64,000 nt of DNA, taken from positions 96,001 through 160,000 of the forward strand of contig CBDBMG010000001.1 in assembly GCA_965207375.1 (NCBI GenBank), read 5' to 3'. The stretch is from Nitrosopumilaceae archaeon. Lineage in GTDB: Archaea > Thermoproteota > Nitrososphaeria > Nitrososphaerales > Nitrosopumilaceae. The notes under the pieces are model-generated. The model worked only from the letters and a program-made list of their open reading frames with translations. It was not told the DNA's origin and did no database searches. A program made the translations under genes and the position numbers. Within the stretch, counting starts at the first letter, position 1. Every line of letters begins with the position of its first letter. Of the stretch, positions 24,340-39,300 are shown in pieces.

Positions 24340-27300
24340 ATGAAATTATTTGTACAATTTGTGCTTTTGATGTTACTGTCATGTAATGACCCATGCTGCA
24401 GCGAGAAAACCTTCATTCCAGGATGCGGTACGTTCTGCATTCATATGATACCCGGTCAGATAGTTGTACGCATATGTAAAGCCAGGCAAACTTGATCACT
24501 TGTTTCTTATTACCACCCGCATGACTCCAAACACTACCGCCTTAAATTTCAGTATCATTAAGTACGGTAGTACTTAATAGTATCATTAAGTACGGTAGTA
24601 CTTAATAGTAGGGATCGATAAGGAATGTATGGAATGCGGAATTTTCGCACGTCTAAAAACCCACCTTACAATATGCTTTAGCCGAAAAAACCAACTTAAA
24701 CGCACTGGCACAGCTATAATAATGCTTTACATTTGTTTAACAAAGCGAAATGTCGATTATTTCGATCTATAGTGAATTTTAAAAAATTCGAAAATCACCT
24801 GGATTTCGTCTGCCAGTCTGCCGGACTGCCGTAAGACCGAGTTCCGCTAGGTGTATGGCTCCAGAAATTCAGCACAGCAAAGATTATCCCTTCCCATTTA
24901 CGAAACTGTTGTTCCGAAGACGATTTATCCACTGCGCCATGGTGATTCTTTTATACTTCCTTTCTTTACTTTCTTCTCTATCGATTGGAATGCGTAAACA
25001 ATTTCAGCTTGACCACAACATTCCATACAAGGTGTAAACAGGTACAATAATGCGCGCCTGCCGTTTTATAGTTACAAATCGCTTCATGCATGGAATGTTG
25101 CATATCTCCTCGATGTTGTCAGAGGGAATGTTGTGTTACGGCTTAGAAGCATTCTAGGCTACAATACTTAAATATTACGCATGCGCATACACACACGTGG
25201 TTGCTATCCCATTACACAAAAACACACAGCATCAACTTACGCCACATCCACTGTTACATTACTTGATAACTAAAAACGACTATACTCTATACGACTCCAT
25301 AAATTATAACTAAACTAATTCAACTGAAACGCACACCAGTCTTAATCTCGCACGCCAGATTAATTGACGCGCCAGACTAATTTACGCGCCAGCCGCTTAT
25401 CGATGTTCCTGATTATAAGCTGAACATCGACAAGCGGCTGGACAAATATATTCGCTGTTTTTAAAGGACGTAATTTGCTTGCACAGCTGCTTTGCTATAC
25501 AAGCAGGTTGTTAACAAGCGCCTATAAAGAAGCCATAATTATGTAAGCGCCTGTATAATTTTGTGTAGCTGCTATATAGGCACCTGAATGATTATTATAA
25601 TGCCCTAACAAACTAGAATAATAAAAAATTTAAAATTTAAATGGTGAGTAGGGATCGAAGGGATCCACTAGTACAGTGCTACAAAAAGTAAGGAAACAAG
25701 AAATAAGATTCTGGCACGAATGAACACTGAAGATTCTGGCAAGAGATAATTTATAAAAGTTTAATCCCTACTTTTGGCAAATGTACTATAATGACTAATA
25801 TGAGCCAAAAGTAGGGATTAAACTTTTATAAATTATCTCTTGCCAGAATCTTCAGTGTTCATTCGTGCCAGAATCTTATTTCTTGTTTCCTTACTTTTTG
25901 TAGCACTGTACTAGTGGATCCCTTCGATCCCTACTCACCATTTAAATTTTAAATTTTTTATTATTCTTGTTTAGAGTAAGTGCTGGTATTATGGGACATG
26001 TAAGTGTTATGTGATCTCTACAGTAACATATTATGCATTGACATCTGAATTTTGGTTACCAGAGACCTTTGTCATTACACTATCTGTGAAAGTAGTTCCA
26101 GAAATGCAGCTCATTTTATTGCTTGAGTGGAAGTCTCATAAGTTCACTCCCTGTTGTACCAATTATGAGGCATGTGTGGGATTTATGAGACATGTAAATA
26201 TCACACTATAATGAATGCTATCATGTTATAACTTGACACCAGATCTTCTGAAGTAGTTACGTAACTTGCTGGAATAAGGTGAAAATTCATATGCATACCT
26301 GTCTTTGAGCAAATAGTGCAAAGCTATATATATGCCACACTCTGATGCAAAAACATCAGGCACATGTTCTGGGTTCATGCACCGTATTTAGAATATTCAT
26401 AATAGTTCTCTATCTCTTCAGTGGCAACAACATAGACAGGAAAGGGCTTAGCATTATTGTATTTTTGTTTATCTGGACAAAACTTGTACTGTCTCATAAT
26501 TCCCCCTGTCTCATAATACCAACGCTTACTCTATGAATTCATTATTTATTCAAATTTTAAAATGTCTTCACCTCTCACCCCATTGTAAAAAGTATCGAGT
26601 TTGGACTACTCATAACTGATGATACCTTTCTTGGCATTTTATGCACCTGTTAAATAAGTTTCAGTCCAACCAGCTCATTCTGCATGGTTATGTAGCAGCA
26701 TACATTGAAGTTATACAGTGAATAACACGGACTGGCTCGACTCATTGCACACACCTGACCTTATAGTTAGTTATCTCATTTAGTTTTGTAATCATGCTGT
26801 TGTAATTGCTTGTGATCATATTTCTTTTTATCGCTGCTTTGTTCTCTTGTACTTTGTTCTTTTGTATTTACTCTGTATATAAATGCTACATCAGTTTCAC
26901 TATTATGACAGTGGTGTTTTCTGTCAGTATAACTGTTGCGGGAATCTCGGCCGACTTACTTACAGTTATATAACAAAATAGCTATGCACATGTGGTTGTG
27001 TAATGGTAAGGTGAGGTGATATACAAAAATGGGTTGGCAAAATTAATGTTGTTAATCTAGTGCTATGAAGTGAAAACTATCAGGTGACTATTTGCAATAA
27101 TTTTCACAGAACCAACCCCTTATTTATGAAACTATTTTTAAGAGCTGCCTTTTCTAATAGCTATGACAGATCAGAATCACACAAAAATCATTACACCTCT
27201 CACAATGAAGACCACTGAATAACTTATCACCAAGGTAAACAGTTTAGGACATAAGCCCTGTCTTTAGACGTCTCTGCATGTGCATTTTTATCAAAACCGC

Positions 27301-30300
27301 AAATTTTAATTGTGACTTGCTATCAAGATGGGCATCATTTTAACTGAGAAGTAAGATATGTAACTAGTCACCAGATAGCTTTCAGCAGCCAGAGTTAGAA
27401 ATTCATTTTGTGCATTGGTATTCCAAAATTTTCATTCATAAGATGTACAAAATTTCTGTAAAACCTTCAAATAGGAGATTTTGCATTTGAACCAGGTATA
27501 TACTTTACAAGGGCACAATGTTTAATGATTATTTTTTACAAAGGGTGCCAAGTTTGCAGAAATAATCTTCTATGCTTATGTACTTAGTCAGGCTATAATC
27601 TCCTATGCTAGTTATCAATGTGACAAGGCAAAAATGCAGACAGAAGGACAGATAGCTTTTCAGCTTTATATTATCATATAATATTGACATCCTTGAGGGG
27701 AAAGATCACATGATTAGCAAAATATATAACATGGCCTTTTATGTGATTAAAGGTAGTCTGCAATGGAAAAATGACTTGGGCTTATATTTTAGCTTAGTGT
27801 TAGTAATGAAGATTGGCATGTGTAATTTGGTGATATTCCGCTTGGTTTAGCTACTACAGGAGTTTTAGGTTTCTTACATCACACAACATCACATCGGGAA
27901 TAAGAACACGCACGTTTGTATGGAAATGTATGGAATTCGTGTGCTTCTTGGATTATCAGCTAACAAAGAAGCTTATTGGAGCACCTTTGTATTTCTAGCA
28001 GTAATATACACGTGTGGACATCGATAACATCTGTTATAACAGAGCTTTATTCTTAAAACGAGAATTGTGAAAGGCGGACATGTACAAGTGGGCCAGATAA
28101 CTAGCAACCCATGGCTAGTTTTGTCCAGTTTTGTTCACTGTATGTCTGTTGTTCCAATTGCTATGTATTGTCGGATAGAATGGTGTGTTAGTCAGCCTCA
28201 GTCGGCTTTAGCATTTTGATTAGCACAACTACGTGCACTAAATGATTGGAATTTTCCATGTCACACAGTGATGGCAGTGGATCCAGTCTTCCTTATCATC
28301 GCAAGGTTACTATCACACATGGTAAAGACATATACTAAATACAGCAGCATTACTGGAAGTCATGCTTTGCCTGATAAGCCCAAGGGCGAGTGCAGACATA
28401 TCAGACAAAGCATGAGTGTTTGTGTTACAACTATTTTGTATACCCCCGCTATGCATGCATCAGGTTGCGGATAAAGGTAAGCAAAAGGTTTTACATATAG
28501 AGCACAGCATTTACTAAGTCCTGGACTGCACTGTGTTTTGAATAATAAAAAGCACATGTAATTTTCCATTGCAGTCTACCTATAAAAGACTAAAATTTAG
28601 ATTCTATGTGATTAAACAAAACACTCAACATTCTATTGTCTGTACTCACTAGACTGTAGTTAATGATAATTTTAATAAACCTTGTCATACAGTCATACCT
28701 GCTCTTTGCCAAGTAGTGTAATTTACAAGTTTAAGACATGAAATTGTGATACAAAATTTGGCCATCTTTGTATCTCTCTACGCAAAACAAGATGAGTTTT
28801 AGTGCCTTCTGCCAATACAATGTGTGCAATAAAACTTTTTTAAACCAGGCGCGCGCCGGCCGAAGGCCGGCGCGCGCCTGGTTTCTTAAAATCACTTCTG
28901 TGCGGATGTATGTGTGTGTGTGTGTGTGTGTCCGCCCCCCGGGCTATTAAAAACTATTCACGTGAAATGAAGTCTGAATAACCTATCAAACAAGTCCTAC
29001 TGCTTTTCAGTTTCTCTGTACGGCACTTGCTATCGATACTGTTGATGGGCGGAGCCTTAGTTACGAAGCGCGTCGTGTGTTACTGCCAAAGAAGAGCAAG
29101 GTAACGCTGTATTTGCCGTTCATTACACGGTAAAAGCCGTTTAACCAGTTGTACATTACCAACAAGACGGAGCTCTTCAGTTTTATAAGTGGGCGTGCCA
29201 TGCGGGTTGCGAAGCTTATAAAAGAAGACTGGCCTGTAGTGCTACAGTAAGAATTTCAGCATAAAACAACTTTATACTACTTTCAAAAAGTTTTATCACT
29301 AAAGTACTGGAGTACAAAGCGGGTTTAAACAGAAGAATTTAATTCGCATGCGTTGCTATGTGTTCCTTAGTGATGAGTCTCTGCTCACGTGACTTATTGG
29401 TAACATCATTAAGAACTATTATAATACATTGAATAACAGTAGATTAACAGTGGTTTAACTTGCACACAGTGCCTGGTTTTTAGATGGTAATACGTCAACT
29501 TGTTATCTGATGTCACATATACTTGCGGAAGTGACGTTTTGTAACTTTGAAGCTTAATATCTCAATAATACACCATAATTTGATTATAAAAAATGTTGTT
29601 TTGTGCATTGCAAGATTAAATCAACATATCTAACTAAGCAATTCATCTAAAAGTAGACTAGCTCTTTGTTTTGAAAATCCCATATTCACCACCTCTCGCA
29701 CCACTTTTATCATTTTCATATGACTGGCAATGCATTGATTCAGAGGACATGCTCTCTTTGTCACAAACTTGCTAGGAGAGAAGTATAACGATCAAAAACT
29801 AGGCTTTCTTATATTGTGACGTATTCACCTCAATTATAGGTCGTGATATTTGTTACCAAACATATGAAGTTGTATTAATGTATTGGAATATTGGATAACA
29901 TTACAAAAACAATCGCAATGCCCGGGTGAATGTGGAATAAAGGACGTAGATTAGCTGAAGTATAATACTGTATTTCACGATATACATTTGAATTACACAA
30001 ACTGCTCATCTGGAATGGCCACCTGGTTGTATATAGCAGCATGGCAACAAATAAACATTACTAGTGACATTGTTTTGCTTTTTATACTATTAACTGACTT
30101 AAATAACTCACCAAAATGATAGTTTCATGTGCCCAACTTGGATGCACGAGACTACCAACCTAACGACATCAAAATTAAACCCACAATCAAAAATATTTGA
30201 CTCTCATATATAAAGGTTTGGTGAAATCTTTCAAGCGGTATAGTCATTAGAATACAAAAAGGAGTTGTACACTTGGTTATACAACTTTTCCATTCCACAT

Positions 30301-33300
30301 GTCAACAAACTGTGCAACATCACATTTGTGGCACTGCATGAGTACATAATTGCTTGAAGGGACTGTACAACTAGGAATTTGTTCAGGATTTCATTTTAGT
30401 TTGTTTATTGATTAAATATTGTTATAGCATAATTGTATTTTATTTTACTCTCAATATATATATTCTAAATTATTGTTGTGTTGTATTCTGTAGATCAAAC
30501 TAATGAAGGAAATGAATTCTTTGTGGGATTTTTTAGAAATCGATTCAGTAGAACTGATGAGCCTGAGGTGATACCTCCAGTTCTCTGGATCACAACTAAA
30601 GAGTCTATGCCAGTCAACTTTGAAGTGTTCACTTTTTATGGTCTTCTTACTAGTGGTGTAACAACTCCTGGAGAAATAACATATGTTGACATACCTCTTG
30701 GATTTGTTGTGTTTGATTCATCTAAAGATAGTGAAACTGATTCGAGGTTTAAAGGAATTTATATTAAAGCACAAGATGACAGAAGGATTATTGTGTTTGG
30801 TCAAAATGAAGAAGTAGCATCCAATGATGCTTATCTAGCATTACCAATTATTTCACTGCCAGCAGGAAGGTCTTATGAGTACATTGCAGCATCAATATTT
30901 GGAGGTTCAGGTACTGTTTCACAAGCTAAAGATAGTGTGGCTCTAATTATTGGAACTGAGAATGATACTGAGATAATCCTTGAACCATCTATTCTCATCA
31001 GGCATCCCTTGGCTGCTGCATTAGCTGGTAGACAGTTTATTCCTGGAACTCCTGTTCAGTTTCGTACTGTAACTATTCAGAGGTTTCAGACATTTTATCT
31101 TCAGGTTCGAGGTGGAGATATATCTGGTACTCGTATAATAGCAAATAAGCCAATATCTGTTTTCTCTGGACATGAATGTGCTAATATTCCATTAGCTGGT
31201 GAGCCTTGTGACATACTGATTGAACAACTTCAACCAATAGATACGTGGGGAACTGAAGTAGTTACAGTTCCACTGAGAACAAGGAATGGTGATGTACTAA
31301 AAGTGTTTGCTTCACAAGACTCTACTACAGTTAATGTTACATATACAGACATCAGTAGTGGCATGGTTACCAGTGATAGTTTTAGTTTCACACTTAATCG
31401 TAATGGATTTAGAGAGTTGGGGGGTACTTCAATAGTGGCCACAGGGGCTATTGATGACTTTGCCTTGATACAGTCTAATAATCCAATTGCAGTATTTCAG
31501 TTTAGCAGAAGCTTTTCAACTGATGATAATATAATATCTGATCCATTTATGTTGTCAGTACCATCTTGTGGACAATATCGTAACAGTTATGCAGTAGCTC
31601 CAGCTCCATTTAATGAAACAATTGAAGGCACTATTTCAGGACGAGTTGCATATGTTAACTATACTAACATAGCAGTACCAGCTGAGTATTTTAATGCTAG
31701 TTTAATAACAGTTAATAATAATCCAATTAATGCCTCAGAGTTTAGGCCAATCAAGAGAGCAGATAACAGCATATGGGGCTATGGAGCACAGTTACTACTT
31801 GATGAAGGAGCTCAAGTGATAAGACATCAAGATCCAAATGCAGCTCTATCAGTAACATTGTATGGATTCAGTAACCGACAGTCATGGGGTTGTACTGGAG
31901 GGACAGGTCTTGCTCCTGATGCTCTTTGTGAGTTGTGAACATCTGTTATTGTATGTAAGTGTCACTTATGTCAGTGATCTATAATTTTTGGTAGAACCTT
32001 TTTGTTCTCAAGGGCGCAAAGTTGTGGTCATTTCATGTTTACTGTTAAGCAGCTGTTGTCCCTTTGCTATTGTTCATTATAGTTACAGTGTGTGTATATT
32101 TGTACTTGTAAGTTACCACTAATACTGTATAGCCTAAATTTTTCAAGGGGGAAAATTTTTGATGATTTCGAGTTTTTTTGACCAACCACGAAAATTTTAT
32201 CCTTGAAATATTTGTTCTATGCTATAATTCAATACGGGTGTGTGGAAAACCTGGAATGCCAGATCAACCCGGGATAGCCGGAACGAGCTTATTTTTGCGA
32301 TTTGATGTGCCACATGATTTTATATACAACTCTTTCAGTGTTTAATTTTAAGCATACGATATAAAAATATATATAACTATAGCTGTTATGAATAACTAAA
32401 AGGCTCCCAATGCCTTATTAAGAATGGCATATTGTCGGTATAACTAATACGCGTGCTCAAGGGAATAACCACTCACGCGATTGCTACCCATCCAAACACC
32501 CCTCAAAGGATTAGTACTAACTGTGTTTGAGGTATAAGTAATAGTTCCCTACAACTTCTTACTTTCTCTAAGTGAATGAATAATTTTAGCACGTAACTTA
32601 AGCACCCAGTAAGGTGCATAAGAGTCGGTTACACCTCTTCTCAGTTAAATGTACCTATGCTTAGATTTGTGCTACGAAAAAGCACAGAGTTGTAGGGAAC
32701 TATTATTTATACCTCAAACACAGTAGTACTAATCCTTTGAAGAGTGGATCAGCAATGATAAGCAATCACGTGAGTGGCTAATTCCTTAAGCATGCGCATT
32801 AGTTTACCGACAATATGCCATTCTTAATAATTCATTAAACAAAGCCTTGGGAGCCTTTTAGTTATTCATATAACAGCTAGCTATATATTTGTTTTATGTC
32901 GTGTACTTAAACACTGAACTGAAGAGTTGTATAAAATCACGTGGCACATCAAATTGCAAAAATAAGCTTGTTTCGGGTTGATCTGGCATTCCAGGCTTTC
33001 CACACACCCATTCAATACTGTACTTCTGCAATCCTCGAAAATTTTATCTATGAAATTGTTAAATTCATGATTCCACAAAAATTTAACCCTTGAAAATTTA
33101 GGCTATATGGTAACACTTTCTCATTTATGATACCATGGTTACCAAATGATATTGAATCATTTGATTATCTGTAGCTGTGGTCTCATTTGAGACAAATGGA
33201 GGATCAGGAGTTACCATAGTAATATCAGAGAGGGCAGGCTCATTGGTAATAGTTTTAGTACTCAGTGAAGCAGTTGGTGAAGAAGTCAGTGTTTTTGTAT

Positions 33301-36300
33301 TAGCAACAGGCACAACTGCTAGAGGTTTGTTGAACTTAATCTGTGCATTAACAATTTTATTCAGTTGTTCATTTATACGTAGCTGGTGAAGATTTTGGAC
33401 CATCTCAAGTTTATACAGTAACCTTTCCTGCTGGATCAACAAGACAATCAGTGAACATTCCCATTATTAATGATACTGTTTCAGAGCTTGATGAAACCTT
33501 TCAATTAGAACTCAGTGTTCCTGAAGCAGCTGTTAGAGCTGGTGTAATAGATGGCTGTGATCCATTTACTCCTAGACAACCTGTTGAAATCATTGATGAT
33601 GATGATGGTAAGTTGCACATCAATATGATTTATCATTAGTATGTTAATTGTAGTGTAAATGATAAAACAATTAACAGCATTGTGTAATAATATCAAGAGT
33701 TCATAATATATATAGAGAGGAGAGTGTCCTACTATACAATAGGCTGTACAAACGCGTAGCGTGAAGTTATGATGCAATACCATCGTAACTAAGTAATCAC
33801 GTGATTTTTTTACCGTTGCCAAGTCTGCTTCCGGCTGTTTCCGCAACGTTATCGTTGTTACACCAATGGTAGGGAATAGTCCTTCAAATGGGCCTTTCGG
33901 GCATGCCTTCCATTATACTCTACCTTTCGATAACGATACTCAACATGCAGTTAACACGCGCGCGTTAAACGAATATTTGATAAATAACGTAAATATACGG
34001 GAATACTTCACGCTACGCGTTTGTACAGCCTATTGTATAGTAGGACACTCTCCTCTCTATATATATTATGAACTCTTGATAATATGATATCACTGAATGC
34101 ATTGTGTGTATGTACATTATATTGCATATACGTATATGTGACTGTCACTGCAAAATCCAGCCATGTTCGCACCAAAACTGAAACCAATTTTATTGCACAA
34201 GCTTAAAAATTATTTAATTAACCTTAACATGAAGATTGCATCATCTGTTATGTAAAGCGTAGTAATCAGTGGTCTAGAATTGCACATGTGTACAGTATAA
34301 AACATCAAGGTTTCCTGTTGTATTACATTTTAACTACTGTGTCTCTGCTGGCCAATGTGAACTGGTATGCTTTTCTGGAGGAATTTTGCCAACCCTGTGG
34401 TGTCACGATAAAGAGAATAGTGCCTATCATAAAGGGCACCAATTGGGTGGCCATGACCTGGAACTGTTCCCATTGCCTTGGCCTTGTGGTGTGGTGTGGA
34501 GGCTTTTCCTACTCTAAATGGTTGATCCACCTCCCACCCCTCTCTCCCATTCCACCCACCTGCCCCCTCAATGATGGCTGGATTTCAAAAGCCCTGAAAT
34601 CCAGCCACCAGCTGTTCACAAGATTAACTCTATGAATAATTGCTGCTAATATAAGACAGCCAGCTATAGAGAGCTCATTGTTTTAATATTTTGAAATGGT
34701 ACTTATTTCTCGAAATATTACTAAGTGCAAACTAGGCTGGTTTCACTATTGCCATCGTAGTTAGCGTTATGTACTGTACATACAAACACTGGATTTGTAT
34801 ATATGTAGCAGCTCACCACTTATATAGTCTGTCTTAGCAGTAAGTATGCATTTTGTAACTACCTTAAACCAAGTTATTATAACAAAATACACTAATTTTA
34901 GCAATTTTAGTGAGTAGCTGTACTAAAATTTACTAACACTAATTATAAACATTTTGATTGATACTCTCTAATAAAGCAGTCACCAATGATTGGTGACTGC
35001 ACTATTATTGCTGTGTAATTGCTAAATTTAGTATTTGCTAAATGTGCAATCATAAATATCACTAACTTCATACCTTACCCATATTGAATAACTAACATTA
35101 TCTCCCATAACTATATTTTACTTACAATAGTTAGTTACTACTGTTGAAATTAGAGGTGGACCGATAATCAAATATACCGATATTCCGATAAACGATATAT
35201 TGGCTATGAAAATCACCAATACTGATACCAATCTTGCGTTACTCTAGGTATTCAGTCACTATACAAAGTTAGATTGATATTATCCACTATGTAGAATAAT
35301 CCAAATTGCTGCTTTATCAATTCACTACAATTATAGTATAGATTGATCAACAAAACTTTCACCGATATGCCGATATTACCAATATTTGTACCAATACCGA
35401 TATTATATTGGTAAGCCATATATTTTTACCGATATGCCTAATGCCAATATTGGTACCGACACCAATACTGATATTAATATCGGTGCACCTCTAGTTGAAA
35501 TAATAATTAGTGGCAAATACGTAGCCACATTGCTTTAAGGTGGCGGTATAGCAGTAACCCACGCAAGTAATTAAAACTTACAAATGGTTATATTTATGAC
35601 AGATTGACTAACAATTCTATTAATAAACAAGGAGAGTTCCATTCCACAAAGCCCAGGTTGATCCAGCAATTTTAAACATATATAATCGCCTATGGGCGCC
35701 AGCCACGATTTCTGTAGATACAGTGAAGCTTTCTCTATTATTTTTCGTACAACACATTAACTATATTAAACGAAAAGTTTTACATATCGTTAACAACATA
35801 CGACATCGTAACTCGCAAGATAGACTACCCTACAGAAACAAACAATCTTGTATGTCTTCATCTTTAAATGATACGATAAAAACCAGCTATCCAGACACGT
35901 AGGATTCTTTATCACCCACTAACCATTCATTGTGCTGATTTTTGTAGCCTTTTGATAAGTAATTTTGAAGTAAAGGCGGATTTTATGCCAACGATGGAAA
36001 ATAAACCACAAACTCGCCACACACAATGAATCATTGGAGGCGCACGTGTCACATGTGATTTTGTTTACTACTACATTACTCTTTATCAGTGAAGAAATAG
36101 GTGCTATTATATAGTGCGCTAAGTGTAACAAAGAATCTTATGATGGTTGGACAGAGCAGAAGATCCTCATCGTTCCAAAACGGGGCAACTTCTCTAACTG
36201 GTTGACAAGAAACATGGCGAGGACTGGCTAATTCCGGCGGCATGGACCCCATATAGAAGCAGTATAGATGCGGATAGATGGTATTCTTCCATACATCTTC

Positions 36301-39300
36301 ATCCGAATAAATTCTCTGTACAACAAGATTGTCAATTGTTGCTGATAGCGTCCACACTACAAAATCGCACCATTGTCTACAGGTAATTTGCAGTTGGCCT
36401 TGTATTTGATAATAGTAGTTGTGTCCTTTCTTTAGCTGGTATATCATTAATGTATTGCAGAAAAAAACTTGATTTGTACTGTTTTTCAGTATAGAGATCC
36501 AATAATGGGATTTTCTCTGCACAAGCAGGATAATTGATTTCAACCAAATCGTATGGTTGTCTTTTACTGGGGTCGGTTACTAATCCATCAGGTGATGCAC
36601 CCATCCAATTAGCCTGCAAGGTAGAATTGTACACAATAATCAAGGTACTCTTTACATTGAATCTGCACAGAAAAATACATTCCTATGGAATGATAGTGAG
36701 CTATGTACGTATGTATGTAACTACCTGAAAATCTATGTGAAAACCTGTCTTTTGTACAGTTGCATCGTTGTGATGATGCTTCTGAAGATATTCCAGGTAC
36801 AAGTCTCGAGCTCTAAGCTCATTATCATGGCCATATACTTCATGGCTTTTGTTGTGCGTGATTTCGAGTATAAAAGTCTAATTACTAGTGGAGCATATTC
36901 CGCTCTTCGCTTGATGATTTCCCCAAAGGAAGAAGCAGTCACACATCCTCGACACTGCACAATCCATTCTCCTGATTGATTGTCTCCCTGCAACTGTTCT
37001 AATACTTATATGATGTATTTCCTCATTGGACACCTGCCAGTAGTGATCAACAACAATATTAATTTTTATGTTTTATCACCAACCTGTAGACGTGTCAAGT
37101 ACTCTTGACAGAGTTGCTTCAGTTCATCTGCAGATATATCTGGTTCTGCTGGATCACTGCCATATGATGTGTCAGGTGAGGAATTGACTGTAGATTGTCC
37201 ATATTGTGTCATTAATCGTTGTTTGTTATATTTCAAGAGAATTTTTCGTGCAGTGTCTTTATTATGCTTCCGCTTTCTTCCAATGGTAAACTTGTCACAT
37301 ATAGAAGATTGTATTCCCAGATTGTTTAAAATGGATGTTGTCCAGCCAGGACCATTTTGTACTTGTAATGCAGCGGCCATTGATCTATGCTGAAAGGAAC
37401 CAGACTGAACTCTGTTATAAAATTTGCCCCCATCCATTTTGCATCTAATGGACATGAAATTTTCCGTTATATTAGTGGTCTTGTTTTGTACAAGTTGAGC
37501 AGCTTTGGAAACCAATCGATCCCCTGCTGCCTGCTGCCTGCTGCCTGCTGCCTGCTGCCTGCTGCCTGCTGCCTGCTGCCTGCTGCCTGCTGCCTGCTGC
37601 CTCAACATCATGAAGAAAATCAGGAGGCAGTTTATCAAGAGGTGATGTTCCTGTGATCAGTAAGTAGTAATTAAAAATCTAGAATAATAAATTTATTATT
37701 GCTTTACCTGTAGGCTTTTTGGACTTCTGCTTGCAGAAAGCTGAGTTGCACTGATCATGCAAGCTGAAGTAATGACAGGGACCATTCCTTAGGTCATGGC
37801 GAAGCGCTGTGATGTCAGAAGTGGTGCTATGCATCTTAATGGCACATCTTGCTCCGTGCGTGACACATTTCATCATAGCCTGTGATAGTCTATATTTACC
37901 ACGATACTATAGTTTATCATTACAGAGTGCTTCCAGCCTGTTTCGATAGCATTTTACCGCATGGTTAGCACATTCTACTTTAGTGATGTCACGACCATAT
38001 GTCGGAACTCTAGTCACTACACTGTGGTAAACTGAACTATCACCATCTCCTATTAGCCAAAGATATCTCAGGCCATGCATGATTTCTGTGAAACTTACCC
38101 AATCAATATTAATTTTTAAAACATCTACTATATAGGCCTGTTTTCACAATTTTATCATGTTCAATGTACAATGCAGATGTCAATGGTACATAGCTATGTT
38201 TGTATACATCATTGGTGCCATTGATGTAACAGTACACATCACTCCCATGGCTAGCTAAGGCACATGACACAAACAGTAGTGGCTAAATTTAATGAAATCG
38301 GCAATTTTCTAAAATAAAAATCTCACTAAAAATCCAATTTATGGTGTTTGTAAACCAAAGTTATACATCATCCAACAAAAGATACATAAAAAAGTTACAT
38401 TAGCTATGTGTATTTGCTACATAGCTAATGTAACTTTTTTATGTATCTTTTGTTGGATGATGTATAACTTTGGTTTACAAACACCATAAATTGGATTTTT
38501 AGTGAGATTTTTATTTTAGCAAATTGCCGGTTTCATTAAATTTAGCCACTACTGTTTGTGTCATGTGCCTTAGCTAGCCATGGGAGTGATGTGTACTGTT
38601 ACACCAATGGCACCAATGATGTATACAAACATAGCTATGTACCATTGACATCTGCATTGTACATTGAACATGATAAAATTGTGAAAACAGGCCTATATAG
38701 TAGATGTTTTGCATGAAGACATCACTTTGCCCCCCAGCCTCCTATTTTATCTGATTTTGCCCCTCCCCCAGCCAAAATTGTGAAAGAAACCCTACTGGTA
38801 TTGTTACAATCAATTTGGTACATCTAAAACTGTCAAGTAAGTGCTTTGGAGCTTATTCAACTAGTCACACTGACATTGATATCATAAAAAGGATATACAT
38901 ATGCACAAAAACACCTTGTGATAAGATACACACAAATATTTATAGGTCTAAATCAGCCCTAGTTGTAAAAACTGCCTATTGTATATCAATCCCCAATTTG
39001 TTTCCATGCTCTTTTGATCTGTAAGAATTTATTGATTTTTAGTTAAGTTATTCAATCCCTATTCCCTTTTTATATTTTACTCTTTGCCCACACATGCAGT
39101 GGCCACTTGTACCTCAAGTAACCAAAATACTTCAGAGTCTGTGTGCACCTGTCCATTAAGTAGAATTACATTGACTTCTAAATTGGAATAGGTTGATTAA
39201 ATCCATATTTGGATATGTGTCATTGGCACCTGCATTCTAGGTGTGAGTGTGTGTGTTCGTGCAAGTTCATAGCAATACATGCATCATAAAAATTATTGTA

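Noticed and set aside
14590-25972. Hammerhead ribozyme in the fold-back repeats
   Set aside because: No CTGANGA...GAAA core with flanking stems was seen in the arms by eye; an Infernal search would be needed to exclude it.
33505-34087. Two ORFs sharing FTLRVCTAYCIVGHSPLYIYYELLI
   Set aside because: Artefact of the perfect TIRs of the MITE at 33694-34078.
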